From contig NC_045696.1 in NCBI RefSeq assembly GCF_009834535.1, positions 71,364,001 to 71,428,000 on the forward strand: 64,000 nt of DNA, given 5' to 3'. Both the position numbers and the translations under genes were made by a program. The stretch is from Camelus ferus (Eukaryota). Shown here one piece after another: positions 26,715 through 38,046 of this stretch; within the stretch, counting starts at the first letter, position 1, and every line of letters begins with the position of its first letter. The notes below the pieces were generated by a model. The model was not told the DNA's origin, did not search any database, and saw only the letters and a list, made by a program, of their open reading frames with translations.

Positions 26715-26763
26715 TTATCTCTCTGTTTGCAAAATGTCATTATCTCTCTGTTTGCAAAATGTC
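26715..26763. repeat. Tandem duplication, period 25
   Basis: TTATCTCTCTGTTTGCAAAATGTC at 26715-26738 and 26740-26763. Confidence 0.9.
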
Positions 26764-27655
26764 CTTAATTAAAATCATAAAGCATAAAAATTCATTCCTA
26801 AAATCCCTTCATTTAAAAACAGTATATCTGGCAGTTGTGCTGTAGTGAAAAGGCACCGAGCTTGGAGATAGAAGACCTAGATTCAGATCCTATTTCTGCT
26901 ACCAGCTGTGTGATGTTGCAGGAAAGAGTATACCTCTCTAAGGATGAGACTTAAACTCTCATGACATGGAGTTTTAGAAGGGACTAAATAGAAGCATCTA
27001 CCAAAAGGCCCGGAGTGGGTACTTAATCAGTGTTAATTAAATAATCATATGCATCTAGTCCCTGAAAACAGAAGCTGAGCAATATTTTTGGACTATTAGT
27101 GTGTTCTTTCTCCAAGCATTGGTTGTATTGTTGTAGGTACAGAGAGTCTGTTTCAAGTACCATTAATTCCTGCTCTGTAGGAAGTTGTTTTTTTAAAATG
27201 AGCCATACTGAGCTCAGATGACATTGGTGCCAAAGGGACCTGTAAAAGATCACCTGGTCTAGATCTGCAACAGATTCATCTGGCAAGCTGGGTAAAATAC
27301 AGACTCCCTGGTCCCATCCCAGAGATTCTGATTTACTGTCTAGAGGGCAGCCCACAGATTTCCCAGACAGTTGGTGAGTTTGGGAACTAGTCAGTCTTCA
27401 CACAGTGTAAATGAGAAAAATGATCACTGAGAGATAAAGTGAATGACTCTGTGTCACTTGGTAAGTGTGCAGCAGGGTCAGACTTCTCTTTCCCTATAAA
27501 ATACCTGAAGTGATAGGCAGGATAAGTGTTTATGCCTGCACCTTACAGTGACCCAGGTAGACACCCAGCTTTATTAGTCTCTGTTGGGTGGAGGTCAGAA
27601 ATGGAAGCCATTTTTCTACCTCACTACAATTACTGAAATGTGTTTTATTTCTCAG

Positions 27656-27726
27656 GTGTTATTTCCAATTTTGTCAGTTATGTGTGTAAAGTTGCCACAG
27701 GAAGATATGGACCATCACTTGGTGCA
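27656..27726 (+). CDS. PARL: PARL exon 7
   Basis: tctcag|GT ... GCA|gtaagt; 71 nt; (G)VISNFVSYVCKVATGRYGPSLGA. Confidence 0.97.
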
Positions 27727-29453
27727 GTAAGTATTTCTAATTTAAATTGTTAACTTCATTTTGAAATAATTTTAGATTTAACAAATAGCTGCAAAATTAG
27801 TACAAAGAGTTTCTATATACCCTTCACCCTACTGTTGACTACAGAACCACACTAGTACAGTTATCAAAGCCAGGTAATTAACATTGAAACAACGCTAGTA
27901 ACTAATCTATATCTACTTTAGAATTTATACATTTGTAAAGCCTTGCAGTTTTAGGTTATATCTTTTAACTGTTGGTCATTTATACATACTTAACTGGCAC
28001 AGAGTACATATCATGAGGAGTAGTCAGAATAGTGTGTCCTCCAGTCCTTATAAACCAGCCTAATCTAGCATGGGAAAGTTCTAAGTAATTGCAGATTTGG
28101 ATCTGGTTCTGTATCCTCCTCTTGAGTCAGTACTTGAGTGCTATTCAGATTAGACTACTAGGCACTGTATTAGAGACTAGGGATATATCTAGTGAGCAAG
28201 ATGATCAAAATCCTGCCCTCAGTTATGTTGTGGATGAGCTATGTTGTGGATGATTTTTTAAAAAATTACAAATGCATCTTCTTTTAAGTTTAATGGCGAA
28301 TTTCGAGGCACATGGACATCTTTATATATATTTCTTTATAGACTACACAGTTTTTGCACATTTAAATACCATTGCACTTAAATGTATTCAAATAGGGAAT
28401 CTCATTTAAATAAACTCTAAAAAGCTTCAGTTTTGGAAAAAAATCCTTATGTAAAATAATCATTCCATAATTTGTGTGTTCCTCAGATTTGAGTATAATT
28501 TTCCTAATGAGATCTGTATCTTGTACTGTGACCTTTATGCTTTCTTAACTTAAGCCCCCTTTTTTCTTTCTTTGTGGAATGTTTGCTTTCTGTATAAAAT
28601 TTGGTGCCAGTATGATTTATATCTTTCAAGTCCAATGCACTACCTCATTCATCAACTAAGTGCCTGTTTTATGAAGGCAGAGTAGACCACTAGGATGAAT
28701 CAGAAGTGAACTCTGACTTCACATTTAGTTTAGTTGAGGAGAAAACATTATACACGTATCTAATACATACTGAAAGGGCTGAGTAGTCTCTAGAGGACAT
28801 TGGGGGAGACCTTTCTCATTAGTTCAGAGGATCTGGGAAGGCATTTTGATGTGCCGTCAGACAACTGTTATTCCCATTTTACAAATAAGAAACTGAAGTC
28901 CAAAAAAAAAAAGAAAAACTGAAGTCCATGCTGAATAGAGTATGGCTGGCAGCATGGTATTTGGAATTAGACTGGATTTGAATCCCAGCTCTGCCACTTA
29001 CTCGTGACTTCTAAGATGTATTACTTAACCTCTCACAAAATGGGGATAACACACCTATTTCTGATTTATAACGGAAGTATGTTTTGAGTGTTTAGCATAG
29101 TAAGGAGCATGTAGTAAGAAATGTGGAAGTGGTACTTTCTATTCTGTCATCAAAATCCTGTAGAACCATGGCAGGATAAAATTATTATCCCCAAATACTT
29201 TCTTTCATTTTTGGTTAAAATGAAAGAAAACCAGATCGTCAGGTATATGGTATTTTTAGTGAGAAATCGGGGGGGAAATACTATTAATAAAATCATGATA
29301 GAAAATATTAAGTTTTGATCTAATTGCCTTTGTAATCCTCTGATAAAAGAGACAATATTTATCAATTAACATCGGCACAAAGAAGCTAGAATACTGACTA
29401 GATTTTGGTAGAGGTTTTGTTAATTAGAGCTATGCATATTCTGAATCTCATTT

Positions 29454-29583
29454 TATTTTTATCTTTTATTTTTAGGGGAGGGTAATTAGGTTTATTTATT
29501 TTTAATGGAGGCCCTGGGGATTGAACCCAGGACCTTGTGTATGCTAAGCAGGCACTCTAACACTTGAGCTATATCTCCCCCTT
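29454..29583 (-). mobile_element. tRNA-Ala-derived SINE, long form
   Basis: tRNA-like body plus GGTAATTAGGTTTA tail; TSD TGAATCTCATTT at 29442-29453 and 29584-29595. Confidence 0.88.
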
Positions 29584-29999
29584 TGAATCTCATTTAAAAA
29601 TTGAATTTCTTACTAGTTATTGGCAGGAAGCTTTTCTAATTTTATGCTTTTCAAAAGTTAATTTTCTGTGAAATGTAACCTATAATCTTGAGTTGGCAAA
29701 GATCAGTCAGATGTTTACTGTAGGAAACAGCATTTGTTAAAAATGTTAGAGAATTTTTTTTCACCTGAAGTTGTAAATAGTTTATTATAGGCTGAATTTG
29801 CTCACCATTATGATAACCTACTCGCTGTAACTTCACTGATATCTATCACTGACCTAACCTGTACATAAACTGAGTTCTCTTGCTAGGTTAGAAAGGTATC
29901 TTCAGTCTCTTCCTTACAAGGTTGCAAGTGAAATAAAATGGTCGGTCACTGTTGCAGATTCATCTGAAATTTCATTTTGATTTATCTGTAGTGTTCTGG

Positions 30000-31950
30000 A
30001 GTATATATCTCTCTATATAACTTTTGAGTGGATGCTCTGGGTCCTGCTATATATACATCACTTACCACAGTCTACTGCTGGGTGTCATGTTACCAGTCTG
30101 AAGTGTCCCAGTACTTTCCCCAAATTATAATGTAATTATAATTATCTTAAATATTTCCTCTATATACATTTAGAATATCACAGTTAAAATTTTTGCTTCA
30201 AGTATTAAATGTAATTTAGAAAATTCCAAGAGAGAAGGAGAATCTATTGTGTTAACACATAATTTTAATTTTTTCCTTTGTTCTTCCTGATGTTCCAAGA
30301 TTTCCTCTATCATTTTCTTTGTGTTTAGAGAACTTAGCCTTAGCCATTCCTTTAGCTACCAGCTACTTAGTTCAGCTAGTGACTAATGCTTTTATGTTTT
30401 TCTTTGTTCTGAGAATGTTTTGATTTCCCTTTCATTTTTTTTCTTCCCTTCATTTCTGAAGGATGTTTTCATTGGATATAAGATTCCAGGCTGGCAGTTC
30501 TTTAAACAATTGAAAAATATTGTGCCTCTTTTTTTTGGCCTCTATAGTCTGAGGAGAAATCCTTTGTTGTTCAAATAGCTTTTCCCCTATAGGTAAGATG
30601 TCATTTCTCTTATTACTTTCTAGATATTTTCCTTTGTCTTCAGTTTCAGAAATTTGACTTGATGTCTTGTCAAGGATATCTCTGTGTTTATCTTGTTTGG
30701 GGTTCACTCAGTTTCTTGAATCTGTTTTATGTGTTTTGGGAAATGTTCAGCCATTATTTCTTCAGATACTTTTTCAGCCTCACCTTTTTTCTTTCCTCCT
30801 GGGACTCTGATGACATGATGTTAGATTATATGTTATTACCTCATGGGTCCTTGAAACTCTGTTAGTTTTGTTTTTAAGTTTGTTTTTTCTCTGTTGTCCA
30901 GGTTGGGTGATTGCTATTCTGTCTCAAGTTAACTGATTATTTTCTTTCCTCTCCATTCTACTTGAGCCATTCAGTATTTTTATTTAGGTTATTTTTCATT
31001 CTAAAGTTTACATTGTTCTTGATGTCTTCTGTTTCTCTGAGCCTTTATGTATCTGTGCTATTATTTTTCATTTGTTTCAAGCATATTTGTAAGTGCTCAT
31101 TGAAGCACTTTTATGATGGCTGCTTTAAAATGCTTGTTAGATAATTCTAACGTCACTGTCATCTTGATGTTGGTGTCTGTTAATTGTCTTTTCTCATTTA
31201 AGTTGAGATTTCTCTGGTTCTTAGTATGAAAAGTGATTTTTAAATGAACCTGGACATTTTAGATATTACATTATGAGACTTTGGTCTTAATTAAAGCAAC
31301 CATTTAGCAGGCTACCTCTGACAGTGCTCTGACCGTTACTGCCAGGTGAGGGTGGAAGTCCCAGGTTCCCCACTCAGCCTCCTTTGATACTGGGGGATAA
31401 GGGCTCTTATTGCTGCAGGACAGGGAGTTCGGCTCCCCAGCTGACCTCTGCTAATACCTGCTAATCTCCTGGCTACGAGGAGCAATGTTGTCTTATTATT
31501 GCTGCTCACGTGACCTCTGACACCTGGCAGGGATATTGGGATGCCCAATTGCAGTCTTCAAGGGTGGAAGTCCAGGCTCTCCGTTTAGCCTTTGCTGAGG
31601 ATTGGGGATTGGGCCACAGTGGTTTTCTGAGGTTTATGGCTGGAGTAGTGGTCATTCTTTAAAGGTTTTCTATCTTGCTAGGCTGTGCTTTCTTGGTCCT
31701 TTGGCTTGAGAGAGCATTTTTGGGCACAGGCCTGTTTTATCTGAGTTCATTGGTGTTTTGGGGTTGTGAGCTTGGCCAGAGCCCAATCTGAGCAGTATGA
31801 GGCCAAAAGAAAACTCAGGGAACTCACCACTATGTCATTCCTTGTATCCGAACATTCCTAGCTGGTCTGCTTTCTTCTCTCAGACTTTCAGAGTCATCTT
31901 ATGTTTGTTTTACATATAATGCCCAGGTTTTTTAAGCTATGTATAGCTTG
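30000..31950 (-). mobile_element. Old antisense L1 (ORF1 / 5' region relic)
   Basis: Minus-strand ORF 30450-30707 (SETEDKGKYLES...AKKKRHNIFQLFKE) resembles frameshifted L1 ORF1; boundaries approximate. Confidence 0.65.
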
Positions 31951-32267
31951 TAGAAGGAGAAGCCCCTTAGAGCAAATTGATTTAAAATTCATAGTGTAAA
32001 AAAAAAAATCACACATACAAACCATTAATAGGATAGATAAATGAAGATTATATAGGTACAGAAAATTATCTATGAAAATTGTTTACTTATGAAATAAAGA
32101 AAGTAAAAATATTATGTGCATATTGATTACAAGTATATAACCAGTATACATAAACAAATTATTGGTAGAGAATAAAAGATCTTTACCTCTAACCAAGGAA
32201 GCAGAGCTTTAGGATCTACATGCGTTGAGGTTCATGACTCCCTGAAATTATATCGAAAATATATATA

Positions 32268-32353
32268 GGAGGAGGTATAGCTCAGTGGCAGAGCGCATGC
32301 TTAGCATGCATGAGGTCCTAGGTTCAATCCCCAGTACCTCCATTAACAACAAC
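32268..32353 (+). mobile_element. tRNA-Ala(AGC)-derived SINE, short form
   Basis: GGAGGTATAGCTCAGTGGCAGAGCGCATGCTTAGCATGCATGAGGTCCTAGGTTCAATCCCCAGTACCTCCA, (AAC)n tail, TSD-like AAAATATA(T/C)ATA on both sides. Confidence 0.88.
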
Positions 32354-32398
32354 AAAATATACATATGTATGTGAATGAAATTTTTTTTGAGAAGAAAT

Positions 32399-34953
32399 GG
32401 TCCATTTTTGTTATATTCTTAAAAGCATCTGACTAGAAAAGGTGAAAATTAAGAATCTCTGCATGGGGTAGGCCAAACATTTGTCAAGAAAGCAAATTGC
32501 AGTTTATTCAGACACATAATATGTTTAAATTTATGTAGAAAAAGGTCACTTTGAGAAAATTTTAGAAGGATAATGGAACTTCATAACAACTTTAAACTTT
32601 AACTTTTAAATTTTTTAACCTTCAAATAATATATAATAAGTACAATAAGTTATAGTCACAATGAAACTGAATTTACATAGAAATGCACAGCTAATGAGAA
32701 TTTTCTTTAATATTAAATTTCTTTAATGAGTACTTTATATGGAGATAATCATCTGTTTGGTGTACCATATGATCTGGCCATTCCATTGCTAGGTGTTTAC
32801 CTGACAGATATGAAAGAACACATCTAAACAAAGAGTTGTACACAAATGTTCACAGCATCTTTTTTGTAGCAACCAAAACTAGGAAAAACTCAAATGTCCA
32901 TTAGGTGAATGGATAAATGTATTATGGTATATCCATACAATGGAGTATTTTTCACCCATATAAGGGAATAAATTGCTGAAACACACAACTACAAACTACA
33001 TGGGTGAACTTCAGAATAACTATACAGAGTTATTCCTGTAAAGGAAGCCAGAACAACAAAAAAGTATATGCTATATGATTCCATCAGTGTAAAACTCTAG
33101 AAAATAGGTTCATTTTTACATATATTGACAGAAAGTAGAGACGTTGCCTAGGAATAGGGGACGAGCAGGAGGTATGCGCTACAGAGGAGCACCAGGAAAA
33201 TTTTGGGGATGATGAATATGTTCACTATCTTGAGTTTGGCGATGGTTTCATGGGTATCTACATGTCAAAACCTAATTATAAACCTTAAATATGTGCAGCT
33301 TTTTGTATGTCAGTTATACCTCAGTAAACTGGAGTTGCTTTTTAAAAATTTTTTAAAGACTTAAGAGTCCTTTGCTACAACTTTTCTGTAAGATTTAAAT
33401 TATTTCAAAATAGGATGCTAAACAACACATGAGAAAAATGATTTCTAAAAGGGGCTCCTATAATGGACTAATCGATTACTGTTATAGTTGAAAGGTCCTT
33501 ACTTTTTCATATTAAGAGACTTTCTGGAAAACAGCATCTGCCTCTTAATCACTAACTGTTTAGCATCTTCTATGTGAAGAGTTGCTTCAGAATAAAGGAT
33601 TATCTTATGTTTTTAGGGATTACTAATACTTTAAAGTATTGTGAGTCCCAGGGATCCCAGATGTCCCCTGCCCTTAGTATATAGTTGCCAGTCAGCCTAA
33701 ACAGGGAAACCAGCTCAGGTTGCATCCTTAGGAATGTGCTGGGGTAGCTACAAGATGGAAGGACAGCATGAATATCCCTCCGAAGGAGAACCTAAGATGT
33801 GAGTTCAGGTCAGTGGACAAAGACAACCCAGTGCTTAGTCTACAGAAGTGAAAGAACAAGGAAACACAGTCAACTACATATTAAAGGGGATGGGCTGGGT
33901 GTTGGTGATACCTGTCAATTCTACAGTGGGATTAGGAGTCAGAATTCTTTATTTTCTATTTAAGATCAACTGTCTGCTATTGTATATTGACCAAACTGGC
34001 TTCTGTGCAAGTCTGTAACAGTAACACAGGGGGTTCTTCACAAATCCCGACTTCCCTTTACAGGACAATGGCTGCCTGTGTGAAGACACGCACATGCGCA
34101 TACACAGCCTCCATAATTGTTCACCCTTTCGCTGGTTCCCCACTCCATGTCCTAAATAGATAACAGCAACTCTCAAGGATATCAGAACCACCTCAGAAGA
34201 TGGGATTCCCCCACAAAACTTGCCAGGTCGTGGTTGTGCTAGGATGCAGTATGTTAACTGCCCAAATTTATGTTTATTCTGAAAGATTTGTTTTGGCTAG
34301 AACTTCAACATCTGCCCCCAGAATCTTTCAGCATATGCTATATTAAGCAGAGTAGATGTCAGTGTTAAGGAGAATTCGAAAGGTAGAGAGTAACCCAACA
34401 CCTTTCAGGCTTTATAGTATATATGTGCAACTTTTCTATCTTCAATTTTAAAATAAAACCTAAAGTCAACTCAGCAAAACCCAGAAGAAATCAAGTTAAA
34501 GCCCTATTTTCTGAGAGAAAAAATAGCCTATAAAATTACCCTTTTCCCCAAGATGAAACAAATATAATTTGGTTAGTTGGTGTGAAAGGAGAGCACTAAA
34601 ATCCTGTCAGGACCCTCTAAATTACTTCTCCGTAGATGATTATATTCTCCATCTAAAGTGCTTGTTACAGAAATTTAAATATTAGAGAAAATTCTCATTA
34701 GTGCATTTCTACGTAAAGCCAATTTCTTTGTAACTATAACTTATTGTACTTAGGTTACTTTAAAGGTGGGAAGCAGTTCCATTATCCTAAAATTTTCTCT
34801 AAGTGACTTTCATCTGCACAAATTTAAGCGTATTTATGTGTCTGAATAAGTTGCAACTTGCTTTTTTGACAAATGTTTGGCTTACCCCATGTAGAGATTT
34901 TTATTTTCATCTTTTACAGTTGGAGGCTTTTAAGACTATAATAAAAATGGACC
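32399..34953. repeat. Diverged inverted repeat (arms 32399-32754 and 34634-34953)
   Basis: Arm 1 CATGGGGTAGGCCAAACATTTGTCAAGAAAGCAA...TTATTCAGACACATAA aligns with the reverse complement of arm 2 TTATGTGTCTGAATAA...TTGCTTTTTTGACAAATGTTTGGCTTACCCCATG. Confidence 0.9.
32765..33410 (+). mobile_element. Old L1 (L1MC/MD/ME-type) 3' end
   Basis: CCATATGATCTGGCCATTCCATTGCTAGGTGTTTACC, CAAATGTCCAT, GTCAGTTATACCTCAGTAAA. Confidence 0.75.
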
Positions 34954-34964
34954 CTTAAAAAAAA

Positions 34965-35910
34965 AAAGCAGTGGAAATGTTCCAACTTTTAGGAGACCTA
35001 AGAGACATGACAACTAAATGCCGTACGTGGAGAAGATAGCTGTCAGGACATTAGTGGAACAATTGACAAAACTAGAGTATGTTCTCTATTATAGATGAAA
35101 GTGTTACATGAATATACAATTTCTTGAAATTGAGAACTCTATTGTAGGGTATATAAGAAAATTCGTGTTCTTAGGAAATAAATACATTGAAATTTTAGGG
35201 GTAAAAATATATTTATATTTATATTGATATATAAATATATATATTTATATTGATATATTTGTGAAACCTACTCCCAAATGATTCAGAAAAGGTTTGGATG
35301 TTTAAAGAAAATAAGTGAAATGTGACAAAATGTTTAAAAATTGATGAATCTGGGTCAGGAGTTTTTTTCTGAAGCGAGACTTGAATGTAAAACCCAAAAT
35401 AAAAACTTCTAAAAGAAAACATAGGAAAAAACTCTTTGTGACCTTGTGATAGGCAAAGATTTCATAGTTGAGAGAGCACAATGCATGATCCTTAAGAAAA
35501 CAAACTAATAAATCAGACTTCATGTAAAATAAAAACTTACTCTTTTCAAAAGACACTGTTAAGGGAAAAGATACAGGTAAAAAGAAAATAATTGGCTTAT
35601 CAGAAATCTGATAAAGGACTTGTATCCAGACTGTATAAAGAAAAATTAAAGAATGGGCAAAAGGTTTGAACAGACACTTTGAAGAAGATACATAGATAGC
35701 AGATATGCGCATGAAAAGATGATCAGCATTATTAGTCATAGGAAAATGAAAATAAAAGCCACACTGAGATATCACTGTATACCTATTGCAAATTACAAAG
35801 ACTGACCATACCAAGTGTTGATGAGGATGTGGAGAAACTGGAAGTCTCACACACTGCTGGTAGGGAAATAAAATACTGTAACCACTTTGGAAAACAGTTC
35901 GGCAGTTGCT
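34965..35910 (+). mobile_element. Old L1 fragments (3'UTR piece followed by end of ORF2)
   Basis: GAGACATGACAACTAAATGC; AATGGGCAAAAGGTTTGAACAGACACTT; GAGGATGTGGAGAAACTGGAA; ACCACTTTGGAAAACAGTT. Confidence 0.75.
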
Positions 35911-36936
35911 GTACTTCCCTGTCAGTTGATCATGTTTTGTTGTTTTTACTTATTTATGTCTCTTCTGCCACTCTGTAAGCTCCATTAAAGCAGATTGGTT
36001 TTGTTCCCCTCTGTATCCCCCATCTAGCATAGTGCCTGGTAGGACTGAAGTATTTGAATGAATGACTGTTGTGAGGTTTAATGTGAACTAGGAATTATCC
36101 AATTTCTCAAGTATTCTGCCCTTTAGAGGAGTTGGGAACATGTTTAACATTAAAGTTTAGTGAAATTATCACAATTTATCCAGGAGATATTTCATAGTCA
36201 TTGTCAATTTAAATTATGATTATGAAGCAACCTGGAAAAATACATGATTGGAGAAAAATGACAAGTTATAATTTCAATTATAACAAGAAATGGTTGATTT
36301 ACTGGTCACAAGTTTGTGAGGTTTCAGTTTTTATTCTTGAATACGAGGTTGTTGGGGGAAGTGCTTCTCAAGCAGGTGGATGCATGTATGTCCCAGGGAG
36401 GATGGTATGAGGAGTGGGTCATGCAGAGCCATGGGGTAAATTTGGCATGCTTTCCTGGAGCAGGACATTTGTCAAGGTTTTGAGGAAAATGTTTAGTTTT
36501 ATTATGAAGTAGGATGCAAATTTCACATGATTTATGATAAAGCATTAAGCTTGGAAGAAATTCCATGCATATTGGTTTCTTTGGGCAAATTCATGTTCAC
36601 TTTCTGGAGGAGCTTTGAGGTTTGAGAAGTTCTTTTTTAGTCATTAAGCGAAATATGCACATGACACGCATAACTGCCCTAAAGTTCATCATGCACTGAC
36701 ATGCTGGTTGGTACATCTTACTGCTTGTAGTTTGGTGCTTCCCAGGTGTCATGGACGTGGAACCCCTTTGCCTGATATTTTGTTCATTAGTAACTGAAAG
36801 TTTTTAAGCTTTGTGCTCACCTAGAAATTTGTGACTTACAAACTTTCTGGGAAAAGTATTGCTACTTTAGACGTTATAGTCACAGAGCAGTTGCACATTG
36901 AGAGTTTCACATTTTCACCAGTGTGTTCATTTGCAG

Positions 36937-37038
36937 TCTGGCGCAATCATGACCGTCCTTGCAGCTGTCTGCACTAAGATCCCAGAAGGGAGGCTCGCCA
37001 TTATTTTCCTTCCAATGTTCACGTTCACAGCAGGGAAT
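36937..37038 (+). CDS. PARL: PARL exon 8 (first codon is the catalytic Ser of GASG)
   Basis: ttgcag|TCT ... AAT|gtgagt; 102 nt; [34 protein letters not shown]. Confidence 0.97.
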
Positions 37039-37177
37039 GTGAGTATTTTTATGAAGTGAAGTGCTGGGGACAGTGGTGATACTTTTACATTGACTGAATT
37101 CTTGCTCTTAAATCAGAAGTATCAATGCTGAAGAAATAAAAGTTGTACCAGTTCTGTTCTCTTTTGCTGTTTTTCAG

Positions 37178-37275
37178 GCCCTAAAAGCCATTATTGCCAT
37201 GGATACAGCAGGAATGATCCTGGGATGGAAATTTTTTGATCATGCTGCACATCTTGGGGGAGCTCTCTTTGGAAT
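37178..37275 (+). CDS. PARL: PARL exon 9 (catalytic His in AHLGG)
   Basis: tttcag|GCC ... GGAAT|gtaagt; 98 nt; ALKAIIAMDTAGMILGWKFFDHAAHLGGALFG. Confidence 0.97.
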
Positions 37276-37935
37276 GTAAGTTTGAGTGTAACTGATTGTT
37301 ACGGTGCTTTCACTGGTCACATCCCTCCCCGCACCCTCGAGGAAGGCAGAGTAAGGCAGTTAGTTCTGTGAGGGGAGCAGGGGCAGGTGGAGTCGGGAGG
37401 GCAAGGAAACCTTAACATGGTTTGCATTGGCCTTGCTCAGCTCTGCCATGTGAGGTGGGACGTGAGACTGTTGGCCCCGCCCCTGCCTCAGTCATTTGTA
37501 GAGAGAGACCATCTGTGCCTTTACCCTACCCTTAACCTCAAGTCACCCCATCTCCTGACCTGTCACAATTCCTTGTCTTTCTTGGAGTCTGTTCCCCAGG
37601 CCCCTGGTCTGTGCTATACTCCTTACCCCACTCTCAAGCCACCTCTCCCCTTCCTAGTCCCCATGCTGCTACCTCTGACCTCCGTCTTTCCAGTGCTGGG
37701 CAGACATGCTGACTGGGTGGAGTCGTTCCTCTGCCTGCAGTGAGTGGGCAGGTAGTGACTGGAGTAGCAGCCAGGGATCATAAAGTGATGTCGATGACTT
37801 ACTGAGCATCTTATATAGCAGGCGCTGAGCAAGTTACCTCATGTTATATTATTATCTCTGTTTTACTGATGGGAACAGGCTTTAGATATGACCTTCCCCA
37901 GGCCAAACAGCTCTTCAGTAGCAGAGCAAAGATTT

Positions 37936-38046
37936 TTTAAATTTTTATTTCATTTTTTCCCCTTAACAGAGGCACTGTGGATTGAACCCAGGACCTCGTG
38001 CATGCCAAGCATGTGCTCTACCACTGAGCTATATCCCCCGCCCTCT
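37936..38046 (-). mobile_element. tRNA-Ala-derived SINE inserted into a MIR
   Basis: tRNA-like body; TSD CAGAGCA(A/G)AGATTT at 37922-37935 and 38047-38060; MIR-like flanks. Confidence 0.85.

Noticed and set aside
35302..35850. 182-aa minus-strand ORF
   Set aside because: Antisense reading of a degenerate L1 ORF2 fragment
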